Below are positions 1 to 12,202 of a DNA stretch of 19,574 nt, one piece after another. This stretch comes from Caecitellus pseudoparvulus (lineage: Eukaryota; Protista; Bigyra: Bicosoecida). The translations under genes were made by a program, and so were the position numbers. Numbering within the stretch: position 1 is the stretch's first letter; each line of letters starts with the position of its first letter. The notes beneath the pieces were generated by a model that searched no databases, was not told the DNA's origin, and saw only the letters and a list, made by a program, of their open reading frames with translations. Location of the stretch: contig CBFFRQ010000102.1 of the NCBI GenBank assembly GCA_965644315.1, forward strand, positions 1-19,574. Direction: 5' to 3'.

Positions 1-3000
1 TGCTCGTCGCCTCCTCCACCTGCATCTGGGCGTGACTCAGCAGCGTGCCAGCGGCGTCTGGATACAACAGAGCAGTGGCTGCTGTGGCCACTGGCCAGGT
101 CGTCGTGCCATCCGCACCACAATCCACCTCATCCCGCAGGCTCTCCATGTCTGCATCTTCCTTTTCTGAACCACCATGGCTTCCTGCGCTGGACTCCTGC
201 AGCGCATCTGCCAGTCGGCCTGCTGGCAACAAAGGCCGACCCCGCCACAGCACGACAAGCGGCACCACACCCCACAGTACAGCCAACAGCCCTGCCGTCA
301 CTTGCAACTGCACGTGCAGCTCTGAGCCAGCCAAGTACTTGAAGCCCTGCAGCATGTACTCGGCCTGGGGCGATGCGGGCAGTGTCAAGAACACCGTCAC
401 CATGGACAGCAGCGAGCGAGGCACGGTCATGAACATGGACAGGCCACAGGCAGCGCCGATGGCCCCCAGCACCTCCCTGCCCCCACACACTCTACGCTGC
501 TTGCCACACAGGGCGCTGCCTGCCACAACCACACCAGCTACGATGCAGCCAGCCAGCAGCCCCAGCACAGGCAGTGAAGCGCCGATGCCGAAGCTTGTCG
601 TGACCAAGTCTCGCGCGCCCAACACACAGCTCGTGTACTGTGCGTGCACGGGGAAGATGGAGGCGATGTGGGACAGGGTGGAGACGCCTTCCATGCCCTC
701 CACTGTGCCCAGACGGTACGAGTCCAGCTGGGATGACCACTGCAGGTGCAGCACCAGCAGCCACAGCGCCACGAAGCGCACTTGCAGCAAGGACGAAGCA
801 GGCCCACTGCCTTCACCTGACACTTCAGCGGACCCGCCGTCCACAATCAACGCAATCGATGCTCCAGCTGAGCGCTGGACCCAGTCCGCTCTGCTCTCGC
901 TCTGCACAAACGGCACCTGCAGAGCGGGTGGCACTTCCACTGCGCCTTGGGGCTTGCCGCCCATGATGAACAGCACTCCCCGCCAGGCGCACAATAACAG
1001 GCCCAACAGCACCAAGCTCATCAACGTCGTCGCGGCCAGAAGGGCGCTGGACGACTCGTGACAGCGCACACAGTCCACTGATGCGCCGCCTGCGACGGGC
1101 GAGTATGTATACGAGTCTGCACACACGCCACAGAGGTCGCCTTCGTGCCCAGCAGCGCAACCTGTGGGGATGATGCTGTAGTTGCTCCACTGCAGGGACG
1201 TCGCCTGCCCCACCTCACACGCCAGCGGATTGGGGCACAGGAAGATGTTGTCCCCGATGTCGTTCGCTTGTGTGCCTGGGACGAGCCCCGCCCCATCAGC
1301 GTCCACAAGCGTGGAGGCCAGCGCGAAGCCAGGCAACACAGCCAGGATGCCATCGCCGCACACAGCACCCTCAGGGCACGCACTGCAAGCAGTTGAGCCA
1401 GGCAGCGAGAAGGTGCCGTCTCCACACCGCTGGCACACTGCGGGAGACGTCACACGCCCTGCAGTCGCAGCCACGCCCACCTTCCCAGCCCCACAAGGCA
1501 CACACGTCAGTGACGCAGGCGACAGGGCAGCTCCCTGTGGAGCTTGGGGTGCCACGCCATACCCTGCAGTGCACTCACACACCAGCCCTGTCTGCACTTG
1601 ATTCGGGCCACACTCAGCCCGGGCCACAGTGATTGCTGCGGCTCCAGCTGGGGAGGCCAGGCGTGTGGACAGCTCCCCGCCTGCACTGCCAGCGTCCACG
1701 TTCAGCACATCCACTTCGAAGCGCAGCCCAGCTCCCACTGGCAGTGCCCGCACGGTGGACAGGGACAGGAACACGCCGTACATGAAGGTCTGCGGCGGCT
1801 GACTTGCAGGAACACCCACTTCAGCGCTGGACACCAGCGCACCGTGCAGTGAGCGCAGCAGGGCCAACTCTGAGCCAGTCAGCGTTCGTGCCACGGCAGG
1901 AATGGAGGAGGAATTCGCGCCACTTCCTGACAGTGATCGTCCAGATGCACCATTCACGAGCAGGCGGGCCGCGACGACATCTTGCCCAGCTTGGCGAGGT
2001 CGGCCCAGGGCATCTCGCAGCACAACCAGAGCAAGCAGCACACCGTCTGGAGTCAACAGCTGGTCATCGTCTGACACGTACGGCGACGTGATGACAGTAG
2101 CCGGCTGCAGTGGTAAGTGCTGCCCGCTGAGAGTCGAGGTCAGTGGCAGCAGGCTGGACTGGCCAGGCGCAGCTGTGCCTTGCGCAACACGAACACTCAC
2201 CACTGAGCTTCCAAGAGTCAACGCCCCTGTGCGAGTGTCGTTCAGGAGAATGAGCACCGTCCCAGTGTACTGGCCAGGCTCAGGTGTGCTGGAGTCAGAA
2301 ATGCGGACCGACAGCGGCGCCACCGCATCACCAGAGGGAGGAACAACCACGCCCGCGTCCAACATGGGCACCGCACTGAGCCAGCTCGTTGCTGTCGCCT
2401 CCAGATTGGCCAGCGCAGCCAACGCGTCAAACTGCACCTCCATGGCCGCACTCACGTCAGTGCTGTTGCGACTCGCAGCACATGCGTCAGCCACTGGGGC
2501 AATGGCCACATCTCCATCCAGCACAGCGGCATCCACAACAGCCACTGGGTCTATCCCAAGATTCCGCAGGCTCAACGCCGTGACAGGTGTTGATGCGGCG
2601 GCTCCAGAGTCCAGGGATGCAGGTGGGGCCAAAGGCGGCACCCGCACTCGCCCAGGACATGGTTGCACCGTGGCCACCAAGATACGCACAGGAATAGTCT
2701 GCACAGTGCCCTGCACATCCCCCAGCACCAGCGCCAGCTCAGCTCGGTGCAAGCCCTGAGGGAGCTGGGACAGGTCCATCGCAATTCGTACTGTGCTGAC
2801 ACTCCCAGGCTGTGTCGTGCCGTGCAGTGCGCCCCGAAGTGCGGGATCGGCTTGCAAGACATCTTGAGTTGGGGCAAGAGCGAGCAGCTCGCCCCGTGTC
2901 GGCACAAGGCCACCCACACTGGACACTGACAGCCAGCACTGTGAAGGCTGGTCTTGCAGCAGGAACCAGTCCAGGCCTGCCGCTCCACTGCTGCCAATGG

Positions 3001-6000
3001 TCAGACTCTGTTCCATGCTACTGCTGTCTCCATCTGGCACAGCGTAGCCTTCGATGACTTCTGGAGTGGCCGAGCCAGCTGGCAGCTTCACATGCACGAG
3101 GAGGGGAATGCTGAGCAGGGCGTCGAAAGAGGCAGAGGAGTAGGCAGTCACGTTGAACAGGAACAAGCCTTGGAATGACGCCGCGTCTGAGCTGCTCCTC
3201 ACATCCGTCACAGGAAGCGACACCTGCACGCGGGTGTCCAGCGACGTGAAAGCCGTCAACGACAGCGGGCCTGCCAGAGATGGAGCCAGAACACGAGCAG
3301 AGGGAGGGCTGCCACCCTGTTCGTCGGCCATGGCCGCAGCAGCTGCAGTTGGATCTGAACTGGCCAAGGCCAGGAGGTCAGGGGCAGGACTGGCCATGTA
3401 CTTCACTGACGACACAGCAGCCCCAATGGAGGTGAGCTCGCCCAGAGCCCGAAAGGTCACAGGCACGTCCACCAACGCCGCGGCAGAAGTGAAGGCGGAG
3501 ACACTGAGCACTGTCAACGGCAGCACAGGCGTGGCTGCGTCGATGTACGACACTCGAGGCAGCACTCGACGTGGAGGCGGCGTGACACCTGGAACAGTGG
3601 AAGGTGCAGCGCTTTGGGATGGCGCAGCGGGAACGGATGGATAAGGACTGCGTGTCGTGGAGGGTGTGGCTGCTGCACTTGATGATGCTGTGGGCGTCGC
3701 AGCACCTGTTGCCGAGGCTGTGGGTGACGGTGTGGGAGAGGCGCTCTTGACTGTGGCAGTGGCTGAAGCTGTCATGCTGGAGGTGGGCGAGGCGCTCACT
3801 GATGCCGTCACTGACGTTGTTGGAGTGCTGCTTGTGCTGCCAGTGGGAGCAACGGAAAAACTGCCGGTCACGGACGAAGACGGACTGCTGGTGGCCTCTG
3901 AAGAAACTGAAGGACTGGCAGTGCTAGTGGGGCTGCTCGTGGATGAGGGTGTGTTGCTGGGCGTGCCGCTGACCGACGCAGTTGCCGTGTTGGAAGTCGA
4001 AGGAGTGGCTGTGGGAGACGGAGAAGGCGACCACAGCAATGGCACGACAGTGGGTCGCACCCAAGGTGACACAGGCGCCAGCACATCAGCTGGAGGCGGC
4101 AAAGAGCTGTCATTGCCAGCATTCACCACAGAAGCCAACGTGCTGAGGCGGTGTTCCGGCACCACCACCGGCTCGTACTGTGTTGGGGGAGCAGGCAACG
4201 CCTCCAGCACGTAGAAGTTGGAGGTCTTGGCATAGCCCCAGGTGTTCAGGGAGCCCCGCATCTTCCGGTCGTCCATGTATGCCGCTGCAGTCAAGATGTG
4301 CAGCATGCCCGACTCTGTCTGGCGCAGCAAGGCCATGCTGGAGCCGATGTTGCTCCAGTTGGGCAGCATGCGGTCGTACAGGGGCGATGCCTTGACCACA
4401 GGCACGCTCTGGCGCACAGATCCGTCTGGGTTGAGGTACACGGCGTAGATCTCGGCGTGGCGCTGGATGCGCTCACCGAAGTACCGCAGGGCTTGGTTGC
4501 CGAACATGCGGGGCCAGAGGATGTCCCGTGGATGCGGAGGGTTGTGTGGGAGGTGGCGGAGGTCTGACCAAACGCTGTCCAGACCATTCCGTCGATTTGT
4601 CTGCTGAAGATTATCTATGCAAAAAGCCTTGAGCCTTGAAGGCACGCTTGAGTAGGCACTTCCAGTCATGTACTGCTTACGGGACTCGCCCAGGATGCTT
4701 TCCTTCTTCAGGTGGCTGTCCACGAAGCCATTGATTGCGCTCGACCAGGAACTTCGGCTGACAGCAGGGGCAGATGAAGTTGTGCGGTAAAAGAACTCTG
4801 GCTGGCTGATGAATGGGCACAGCGCCGCTGTGGACACGGGCATCGAGGTTGGTGCTTTACCAGCTTGCAGGGCCGGGAAGCGCTTTGCGTTTGTGATCTG
4901 AGGCCAGTACCAAGTCTGGCTTGCGTGAGGAACAGTGGCCCCAGGAGGAATGCGAGGTCCAGCTGCCCAAGTTGCAGTTGAGAATGGAAATGAGTCGGAG
5001 TCAGGATCTGAGAATGCTTGCAGCCCTGCATCCCTGAAGAAGTCCCTTCCATTGTGCTGCGCTTGGTACCAGTCCGACTGGTCTTGGATCCAGTCACTTC
5101 TAGAGTTTGTCGTCGCAAGCTCCCGCAAAGGGGCGCTTCTAGGCATGGGGTTCCTGGATGCTGAATAGCTCGTGGACCTCAGCACCCCTCCAATGTTCGG
5201 ACCCTGGTCCACAAATGTTGAAGATGAGCCTGTCGTTGCCATTGACTGTTGAAACATTCTCTCAGCAGACATCAAGTTCCCCATCCGTGCCGTGGTCTTC
5301 TTCGTGCTCGAGCTTGGTCCAGTGCTCGAGTACCTTCGATTGAAGGCATTGAATGCAGTCGGCATGACATGCCCTGACAGCCCGTTCATGGCCACGTCGG
5401 GGATCCCGGTGGCTGGGGGCTGGAAGTTCCAGTAGCTCGTCGCCAGCGCTCCCCAGTTCACATTGAAGGTTTGGTAGTATGATCCCTTGTTGTTCGTCTG
5501 CAGCAGCTTCACGTTTCCTTGCAGTGGCCATCGGTTCCCATTAACCTTCCTTCGATTCGTGCCGTCCATGTACTGACTGGCAGTGAACACCTCCCCGCCG
5601 TTCCGCCACTTCGGATGAGCTTTCTGCCGCCATGAATCCACCTGCACCAACATGTCTGGAATCGAGGAAGCAAAGCCGTTCTCCTGACTGAAGCCCAGCG
5701 GATTGGGCACCATGCCCGGCCCTCCGAACACGCCCCCACTTCCTGGCTCAGCGCCGTCGTCCATGACTTGCCCTGCAGATGACGGCCCCACATGCCCATA
5801 CAGCAGCTCTGGATGCAGCCCGGACAACCCAATGCCCACAGTTGTGCCGCCCACATCGATGCCGAAGGGCCGAATGTCATTCTCCTGCAGCAGGCTCGCG
5901 TTCAGCGCGGTGCCGTTCCTGCCAAGTCGCACAAGCATCAACATGCCCTTGCCTTCTCGAGTCACAGGGTGGTGGTTTTCAGAGTAGAGCCCGGCTGCAC

Positions 6001-9000
6001 TTTGTGATGTCTCGGCCTTCATGTGCTGTGGGCGAATGAGGGTCGTCGCCCCGCTTGTTGATGTTCCGTACGGTGCTGCTGTGTTTGATGTTGAAGACTT
6101 GAACTTATCCAGAACACGTGGACTGGCTCGCCACAGCGCGATCGCCACCACACCACGCCCCACATACGTCATGCTGTCCCCGAACCCCATCTCAGGCCGT
6201 GCACTGTACGCTGTGAAGGATGGCGGCAGGCCAGGGATGGAGGCAGGCGCGATGAGGGAGCTGTGGCTGAAGGTGCCGTTCGCATCACGGTGCAGCAGCA
6301 CGATGTACCGCTTGCGTGTCGAGCCGTCGTGGAGCACTGCCGCGACGTCCACAGTGCCGTCGCCCTCCAAATCGCCAGCTGCAGCCAGGCTGACCGGGAA
6401 GCGGTTCTTCGGATGCACAGGTGGCAAGGCAGCTGAGTGTTCCATGTGCAAGTCCAGCACATCCATATAGCTCCAGTCCACCAACAGCCCTGCTTCAGAG
6501 AAGTCCAGCAGCAGCACAGCACCGCGTCCATCCTGCACACTGGACCCAGTGCTGCTCGGCGCGTTGCACGCCCCCGTTGCCATGGTCAGTCTGGGTGATC
6601 CAGAGTGGTTGTTCCAGCCCACGTTCGCCATTGCACAGCCAAGTTGCGCCCCTTCAGCTCCAATGTCAAGTGTGCTGGCAGCATCTCCATCTTCCAGGTG
6701 CATGTGTCCGCCTGTGCTGTGTCGCCCGATGCGGTCAAAGTGCCCCACACGGTACATGCCATCTGCCAGCACCTTTTTCCCAGGCTCCACATTCGCGTGT
6801 TGCGATGTCGTGCCGGTGGAGCCATAAAAGTACTCGCCGCTGTTCCATTCGCGAGGAGTCCTGACAGCTTGCTTGGTGCCTGCTTCAGACTGATTCCCTG
6901 GCACCATGTGCACCATGAACACCGCGCCAACATTGGACCGACGCAGTTGAGGCGGCTCTCGGCCGAAGTTGGTTGAACCATAACTCCGGCCGATCTCACC
7001 CGCAAGTGGTGCTCCCACGAGCATTTCAGCCACTCCATCTCCGTCGAAGTCGTGCATGGGCGCCATGGACATGCCCAGGGAATATGCGCTGGCTTGGTGC
7101 AGGGCCTTCACTTTGGCAAACGAGCTACTTCCACTGGCTGAAGCCCCTGGAAACACGGAGTTGCCAGGCCGGTACCTGTCTGTGGCGCCTTGAAGCAGCT
7201 GGGTGGTGGTGGAACTGAACCTAGAGTTCAGGTTGGACTCCCAGAAGTTGCACTGCAAGCTGTTCTCAGTGCGATGAAAGCGGTCCCCATACACAGGGCC
7301 ACTACCGAGATAGATGATGCTGAACATCACAGCGGGAGACAATTGTCGTGCCAGCCTTTGGGGCTCCTTGAACTCTCCACACAGAACAGCGAAGCGGTGC
7401 AGACACAGCGCACCAGCCTCCTCACACTTCAACGGCTTGCTCCGGACATGGCAGACTTGAGAGCCCATCAGCACCTCCTCCCCCTCAGTGACCATGCTCA
7501 CATTCCGAAACACTGCTCCTCCATCCCGCCATGTGGATGCCCACACCTCGCCTTCAATGCCTTCACTGCTCGATCCAGAGCTGCTGGAGCTGGAGCTGCT
7601 TTCTCCACTTGCGGACAGCAATACCGAGCCTTCCAGATTCCGTTCAACACGAGAAAATCCATCGCTTTCGCCGTCATGCAGCAGTGCAGCTCCAGCTGTG
7701 TCCATGTCTGCGGGCCCTTCCACAGTGCCCATCCAAGCCTGCAGAGTCAGAGCTCCATCCTCACTGGTCCACTCGGCAGACTCCACCTCACCCAGAGCGT
7801 CGTTCAGCAATGCACGAGCCGTGGGATTTGATACTTGAGGAAGTTCAGCGACATAGTGAGCGAAATGAGTGTAAGAAGCTGGCACAAACGACTGCGATCC
7901 CGTCTCCCAGCACCCTCGCATGCGCTTGCCCATCGCAGCCAAGTACAGCCGCGCCATGTTGTAGTCAGCCTTGTGGCCTGGCGCCCAAGTCAACGGGTCA
8001 ATCCGCGTCGCCAGCTCGGCTTGCTCATCATACGAAACACCAAAGCTTCCTCCAGGTGGGCCGTATGTACGAGGGATGTAGCCCCACCCAGGCTGCACGA
8101 TCTCACCCGCCATCATGGCGCCTTGGTGTGGCGCCGCAGTGCTGTTCACAGTACCATTGGGCAGCAACGAAAACACGCCCATGCCTGGCAACATCATGAG
8201 CACATCCAACGCTCCGTTGCCATCTGGATCACCCAGCGGCAGTGCAGTGGCAAGTCCTGGATGCGGAGCTGACCCGTTCAAGCCAGTCATCAACACAGCT
8301 GAGCTGGAGCCGTTCATGACAGCGTGAGACGGCACAGCGCCTGGCAGGCCTTCCTGCACACACGTCACAGGGCGCGAGAACACAGATGTCGGCACTTTGA
8401 ACTGGCTGTCCAGGTGCAGGAGGCAGTACTGGGCTGACACTGAGCTCGGAGTGCGAACAGCCTCCTGCAAGTCACTGCCAGCGTGTGGCAGCGCTACAGT
8501 GCCGCTTGTCGTGATGAGCAAATCTGGAGTGCCGTCCTGGGCAAAACTGGGTGCCGCTGCAAGTCGCAACATGCGGGCTGGGAAGCCTGCCCCAGGCGAG
8601 GGTGCCATGGCTGGGGCGAAGATGCGGTGCCAGGTCTGCACCTGGGCAAGGGAAGAGCTTGTGATGAAGGACAAGGACAGGACGTAGATGGCCCCCGATC
8701 CGATGCCAGATGTGACCCCGGCACAGACTTGCGTCTCATCTGGCGCCAGCACAGCAATGGTGCTGCCTCCCAGCCACTCCACTGATGCGCCGAAGCGAGT
8801 CAAGCCATCTGGCGCAGACGAGCAAACAGGCGGCGGGCCTTCCGGCCAGTGAAGCCGAAAAGTGTCGCTTTCAAATGACTCCAAGAAGGCAAGCGCAGCG
8901 TGTGGAGTTGAGGTGTTTGAGCTTGGCGAAGAGATCACAGCAATTTCAGATTGCTGCTGACTGTCCTGCTGCGGGTTCCTGATAACAGTCATTGCGTGAG

Positions 9001-11789
9001 CAATGGGGCCAATGTTTGGCTCGGCACTTGTGAAGAATTGGGAAGAGACCACTAGGGTCCCGCCACTTGAATCTGATTGTGGCATGGCTTGGTATCCAAC
9101 CATGTTGAGCGACACGATGACTCCTTGATATGAGGAGTTTACCAACTGTGTGTCTGGTGCGCCAATCAACAAACTGCCAATTCCACGAGGAGCGTTCCAG
9201 TCGCGCCCGTCATTCAGGTGGAAGCGAATAAAAGCCATGCAGCGGCCAAAGCCTGTCAAGCTTCCAGCTATGCCTTCGTTCGGTGTCTCCGAGTTCACAG
9301 CGCTCTGATTCACTGCCAGCATGTGAGATGCGATCACTTGGCGTGCAGTCGCATCGTACGCCACTTGCAGCAGCCCAACTGTGCCTGAACTCGCCTCGCC
9401 AACCTGTTCCACGCCTATCATCAGGATGCGGATGCCTTTCTTGTGCCATTCTCCTGCATGTCCCTCCTCCCACGGCGGGCTGATGCCGTTGCTCAAGAGT
9501 ATCGCACCAGCTTGAGGCTCCAGCCAAGATGGCCAAGGTGCCTCGGTCAAGAACGGCAGCGCGAGCACACTGGAGCCAAACACTGCCTCCTCAGCGTACT
9601 CCCAGCGATCATGAAGGGGCAGCGATTCAGAATTGCTGGTGTTGGGGATGAGAGCCTCCTCCACGGCAGGAGAAATGAATGTGGGGGTTGTGAGCAGCAC
9701 AGCCGGCCCTTGCACTTCGTCGCCTCCCAACTGCGACGCCAGTGTTGGTGCAGGAGGAAAGCGCAGGGCTGTGAAGAGGATGGACTCGACAAACTCGGGT
9801 GCGCTGTCGGGATCAACAGTTGACGTGTACGGGCAGTAGCCGGTGGATGTGGAGAAAGACGTCGGCGATGTTGACGAGAACACAGACCCACATTGCCGAC
9901 TGGGTCGCTCCTCGCTCCACAGCACACCTGGCAAGCTGATGGCCAGCTGCAGCGCAGCATTCAGCTGCGGCGGCTCCGCCTCCCGCCCAGCCAGAGCAGG
10001 TGGCGCTGCATCTCTCGTCCAGGCCGCCACCATGCCAGCTGCCCATGTCTGCCACGCGCCTGGAGTTGAGCCTTCTCGCAGGCCCTGCAGTGCGGACGGC
10101 ACGGTGTCCCCCAAAGTCGCGTTGGGGCGCCACAGCACGCCTTCGTGGCTCAGGCTGAAGTACTCCCCACTGGGCCGAAAGGCATCATCTAGCGGCACCA
10201 GCAGCGCAGTGGGCGGCGCACCAATGAGCAAGTCCATCGTGCCGTCACCGTTGGCCGGTGGAACAGCTGCCAAGGACATGCCCAGGCCATTGCGCACGTT
10301 GGGGTTCTCATCCGCCTTCGCCAGCTGCAAGTCGTGAAAGGCGCCGTTGTCAATCAAGTGCAGGCGCGTCGGCATGCCAGTGGGACTCAACGTCAGCAGC
10401 ACGACTGTTCCGTCCAGGCTGCGCATTGCGCGATCCGCGTTGCGGCGGCCTGGAGCACCAATGGCCAGCACGCCTCGCCCCAAGTACGCCAGACTCAGCC
10501 CGAACCAATCATCGTGGTGCTCGTTGTATTGCCGATCGAATGTCGTGCCGTCTGGCCTGCGGGGTGGTTCTTCGCCCCAGTGTTCGGCCTGGGGGTTGAA
10601 GGGGCTGTACTGGTGTCCTCCGCCCTCCACAAGGTTGTGCAGGTGTGTCACGTTGCGGGCGTGGCCGTACTGGTCCAGGAACACCACCAGCACCTCAGGC
10701 CCCCGAGCAAACGGCACCCGCAGCCAGGTGTGCCGTGTGGTGCGTGCGCCAATGGCGAGGTCAGGCACGCCGTCCGAGTTCAGGTCGCGCAGCCCCACGA
10801 CGCTGTGGCCCAGGCGAGATTGCCCGATGTAAGCGCTGGGCCGCAGACCAGGCACAGTCTTGCGGTCCAGGATAGTGTACCGCAGCACGCGTGGCCCTGC
10901 ACTCATGAACAGGATGAACACCCGCCCGCCACTGGCGTCCTTCCCGAACACGTCCCCTGGTGCGCCCACCGCCACATCCGGCCACCCGTTGCTGTCCACA
11001 TCCCCCAACACAGCCACTGACGCGCCGCAGGCAGGCTTGTAGCTGGTGCCCCCCAGCTCTGAAATGTTGGCATTGCCAGCTGTGGAGGTCAGGGACACAA
11101 TACTGACGTTGGACACCGCCAAGTCATCTCCAGCTTGCCACAAGCGCTCAGCTGGTACGCCTCGTGGACCACCCATTGCCGAGAGGAAGAACACGCCACC
11201 CACCTGCCGCCCCCCCACAGCAAGCAGGGGCGCACCCAGGATCCAGTCCCGGGCCCCGTCGCCGTCGTAGTCTGCCCCCAGGTCCATGGCGCTGCCCAGG
11301 CCTGTGATGGCCATGCTGGCGTTGATGGCGGCAGCGGCCGCCAGCAGCGCAGGGTGCGAGGCGTTGATGGCGTTGACGTCATGATCCAAGATGGCGTCGA
11401 CATCTTCAAACGGCAAGTCTGCGGCGGAGCGAGCGCGTCGGCATGGCCCTGAGTCTGCCTGCCAGATGCAAGTTCAGAGCGCGGCAATGTGCGCAGCGAC
11501 CTTACTCACCTCTACCCAAATGCGCAGGCGCTTGAAACAGCGCGCGACGCAGTGGAGGGGAGGATGTGGCGAATTCGCGTGATAGCTTTACACGTGTGGG
11601 CTGGAGAGTTTGCTGGCCCTGCGATTGACACCGGCAGCGCAAGCGTGCGAGCTCGCCGCCTCAACCTGCACATCCGGCACACCAGCAGCAGGCACTTACG
11701 GCCCCGTGCTGCTCCACAATGATGGCTCGGGCAGCAACAAGAAGACAGTGTGCAATCAATGCCACTTGTTGCTGCCAGTTCAAGCGCAT
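1..11789 (-). CDS. Giant membrane adhesion-receptor-like protein: signal peptide, FG-GAP repeats, S/T/P stalk, Cys-rich region and multi-pass TM domain; 3'-partial, >=3,880 aa. Exons 11789-11700, 11618-11510, ~11454-<1
   Basis: Manual translation of the minus frame from 11454 to base 1 shows no stop. The ORF track has no minus ORF in this frame below 11780, as expected if the frame is open to the edge. Exon 1 encodes MRLNWQQQVALIAHCLLVAARAIIVEQHGA (signal-peptide-like). FG-GAP motifs: DYDGDGARDWILGAP (~11272), GDVDSNGWPDVAVGAPG (~11005), DLNSDGVPDLAIGA (~10786), FGLSLAYLGRGVLAIGAP (~10504), ANGDGTMDLLIGAP (~10255), DPDGNGALDVL (~8230), DFDGDGVAEMLVGAP (~7051), GDLEGDGTVDV (~6375). Confidence 0.9.
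245..1040 (-). other. Multi-pass transmembrane region of the giant protein (>=5 helices within the window)
   Basis: Hydrophobic stretches: ALLAATTLMSLVLLGLLLCAWRGVLFIM; VRFVALWLLVLHLQW; IGASLPVLGLLAGCIVAGVVVAGSALC; VLGAIGAACGLSMFMTVPRSLLSMVTVFL; LQVTAGLLAVLWGVVPLVVLW. Confidence 0.75.
1060..1612 (-). other. Juxtamembrane Cys-rich region (EGF/TNFR/GCC2-GCC3-like CxxC repeats)
   Basis: CGPNQVQTGLVCECTAGY...CVPCGAGK...CQRCGDGTFSLPGSTACSACPEGAVC...CPNPLAC...CAAGHEGDLCGVCADSY...CVRC. Confidence 0.8.
3575..4031 (-). repeat. Ser/Thr/Pro/Ala-rich mucin-like stalk (~150 aa, low complexity)
   Basis: SPSPSPTATPSTSNTATASVSGTPSNTPSSTSSPTSTASPSVSS...SASPTPSPTASATGAATPTASSSAAATPSTT. It also explains the V/E/G/D-rich antisense ORF 3657..4214. 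Confidence 0.85.
11455..11509 (-). other. Intron 2 of the giant gene (55 nt, phase 1)
   Basis: Donor G|GTGAGT, branch-like CTGAAC, acceptor in CTGGCAGGCAG. Splicing removes in-frame stops. An acceptor ending at 11449 is also in frame, so the exact 3' boundary is uncertain. Confidence 0.7.
11619..11699 (-). other. Intron 1 of the giant gene (81 nt, phase 0)
   Basis: Donor C|GTAAGT, acceptor TCAATCGCAG|. It joins the 30-codon signal-peptide exon in frame to GQQTLQPTRVKLSREF... Confidence 0.75.
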
Positions 11790-12182
11790 GACTCCCGCCT
11801 TGCGCTGCGCACGTCTGGATTCCGCGCGGTGCCTCGCTCACGCCAGTTCACGAAGGCTTCGGCGAAGTGTGTTGATGCCAGCTGAGATTTCGCCATGAGC
11901 ATTGTGCGCCCAGAGCCGCGAGACACACTCAACGGACGTAAAGACTGGAAGACGCTGGATTGTAGGGACAACGATGCAGGCTGCATGTTGTCTCGGGGGT
12001 GTGATGTTGCTTGGGGGTTCGCGCGAGCGAGGGAGGCGGAAACGTTCAGTGTCCAATGTCCGTTCTTTGGGCCAGACCCGCCGAGCAGAGACACCAACAT
12101 GTTTTAATGCAGGCGTTCAGTGCCGTGGGCTGTGGCGTGGCGGGGGGCACCTCTTCCCAATGACAAGTATTACGGTTGATCG

Positions 12183-12194
12183 CCGTCACTGGAG
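12183..12194 (+). repeat. Left terminal inverted repeat CCGTCACTGGAG (preceded by candidate TSD CG at 12181-12182)
   Basis: The reverse complement of 19022-19033 is CCGTCACCTGAG. Confidence 0.65.
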
Positions 12195-12202
12195 GATGGC
12201 CC

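Noticed and set aside
5139-5531. Protein-like alternative frame (KVLEHWTKLEHEEDHG...C*ENV...) suggesting TGA readthrough or dual coding
   Set aside because: The main frame is open throughout; the alternative frame is short and broken by stops.
37-11487. Numerous ORF-track ORFs (e.g. 45..1061, 1902..2759, 3657..4214, 10334..11020)
   Set aside because: Antisense or off-frame shadows of the giant minus-strand CDS, with biased composition and no motifs.
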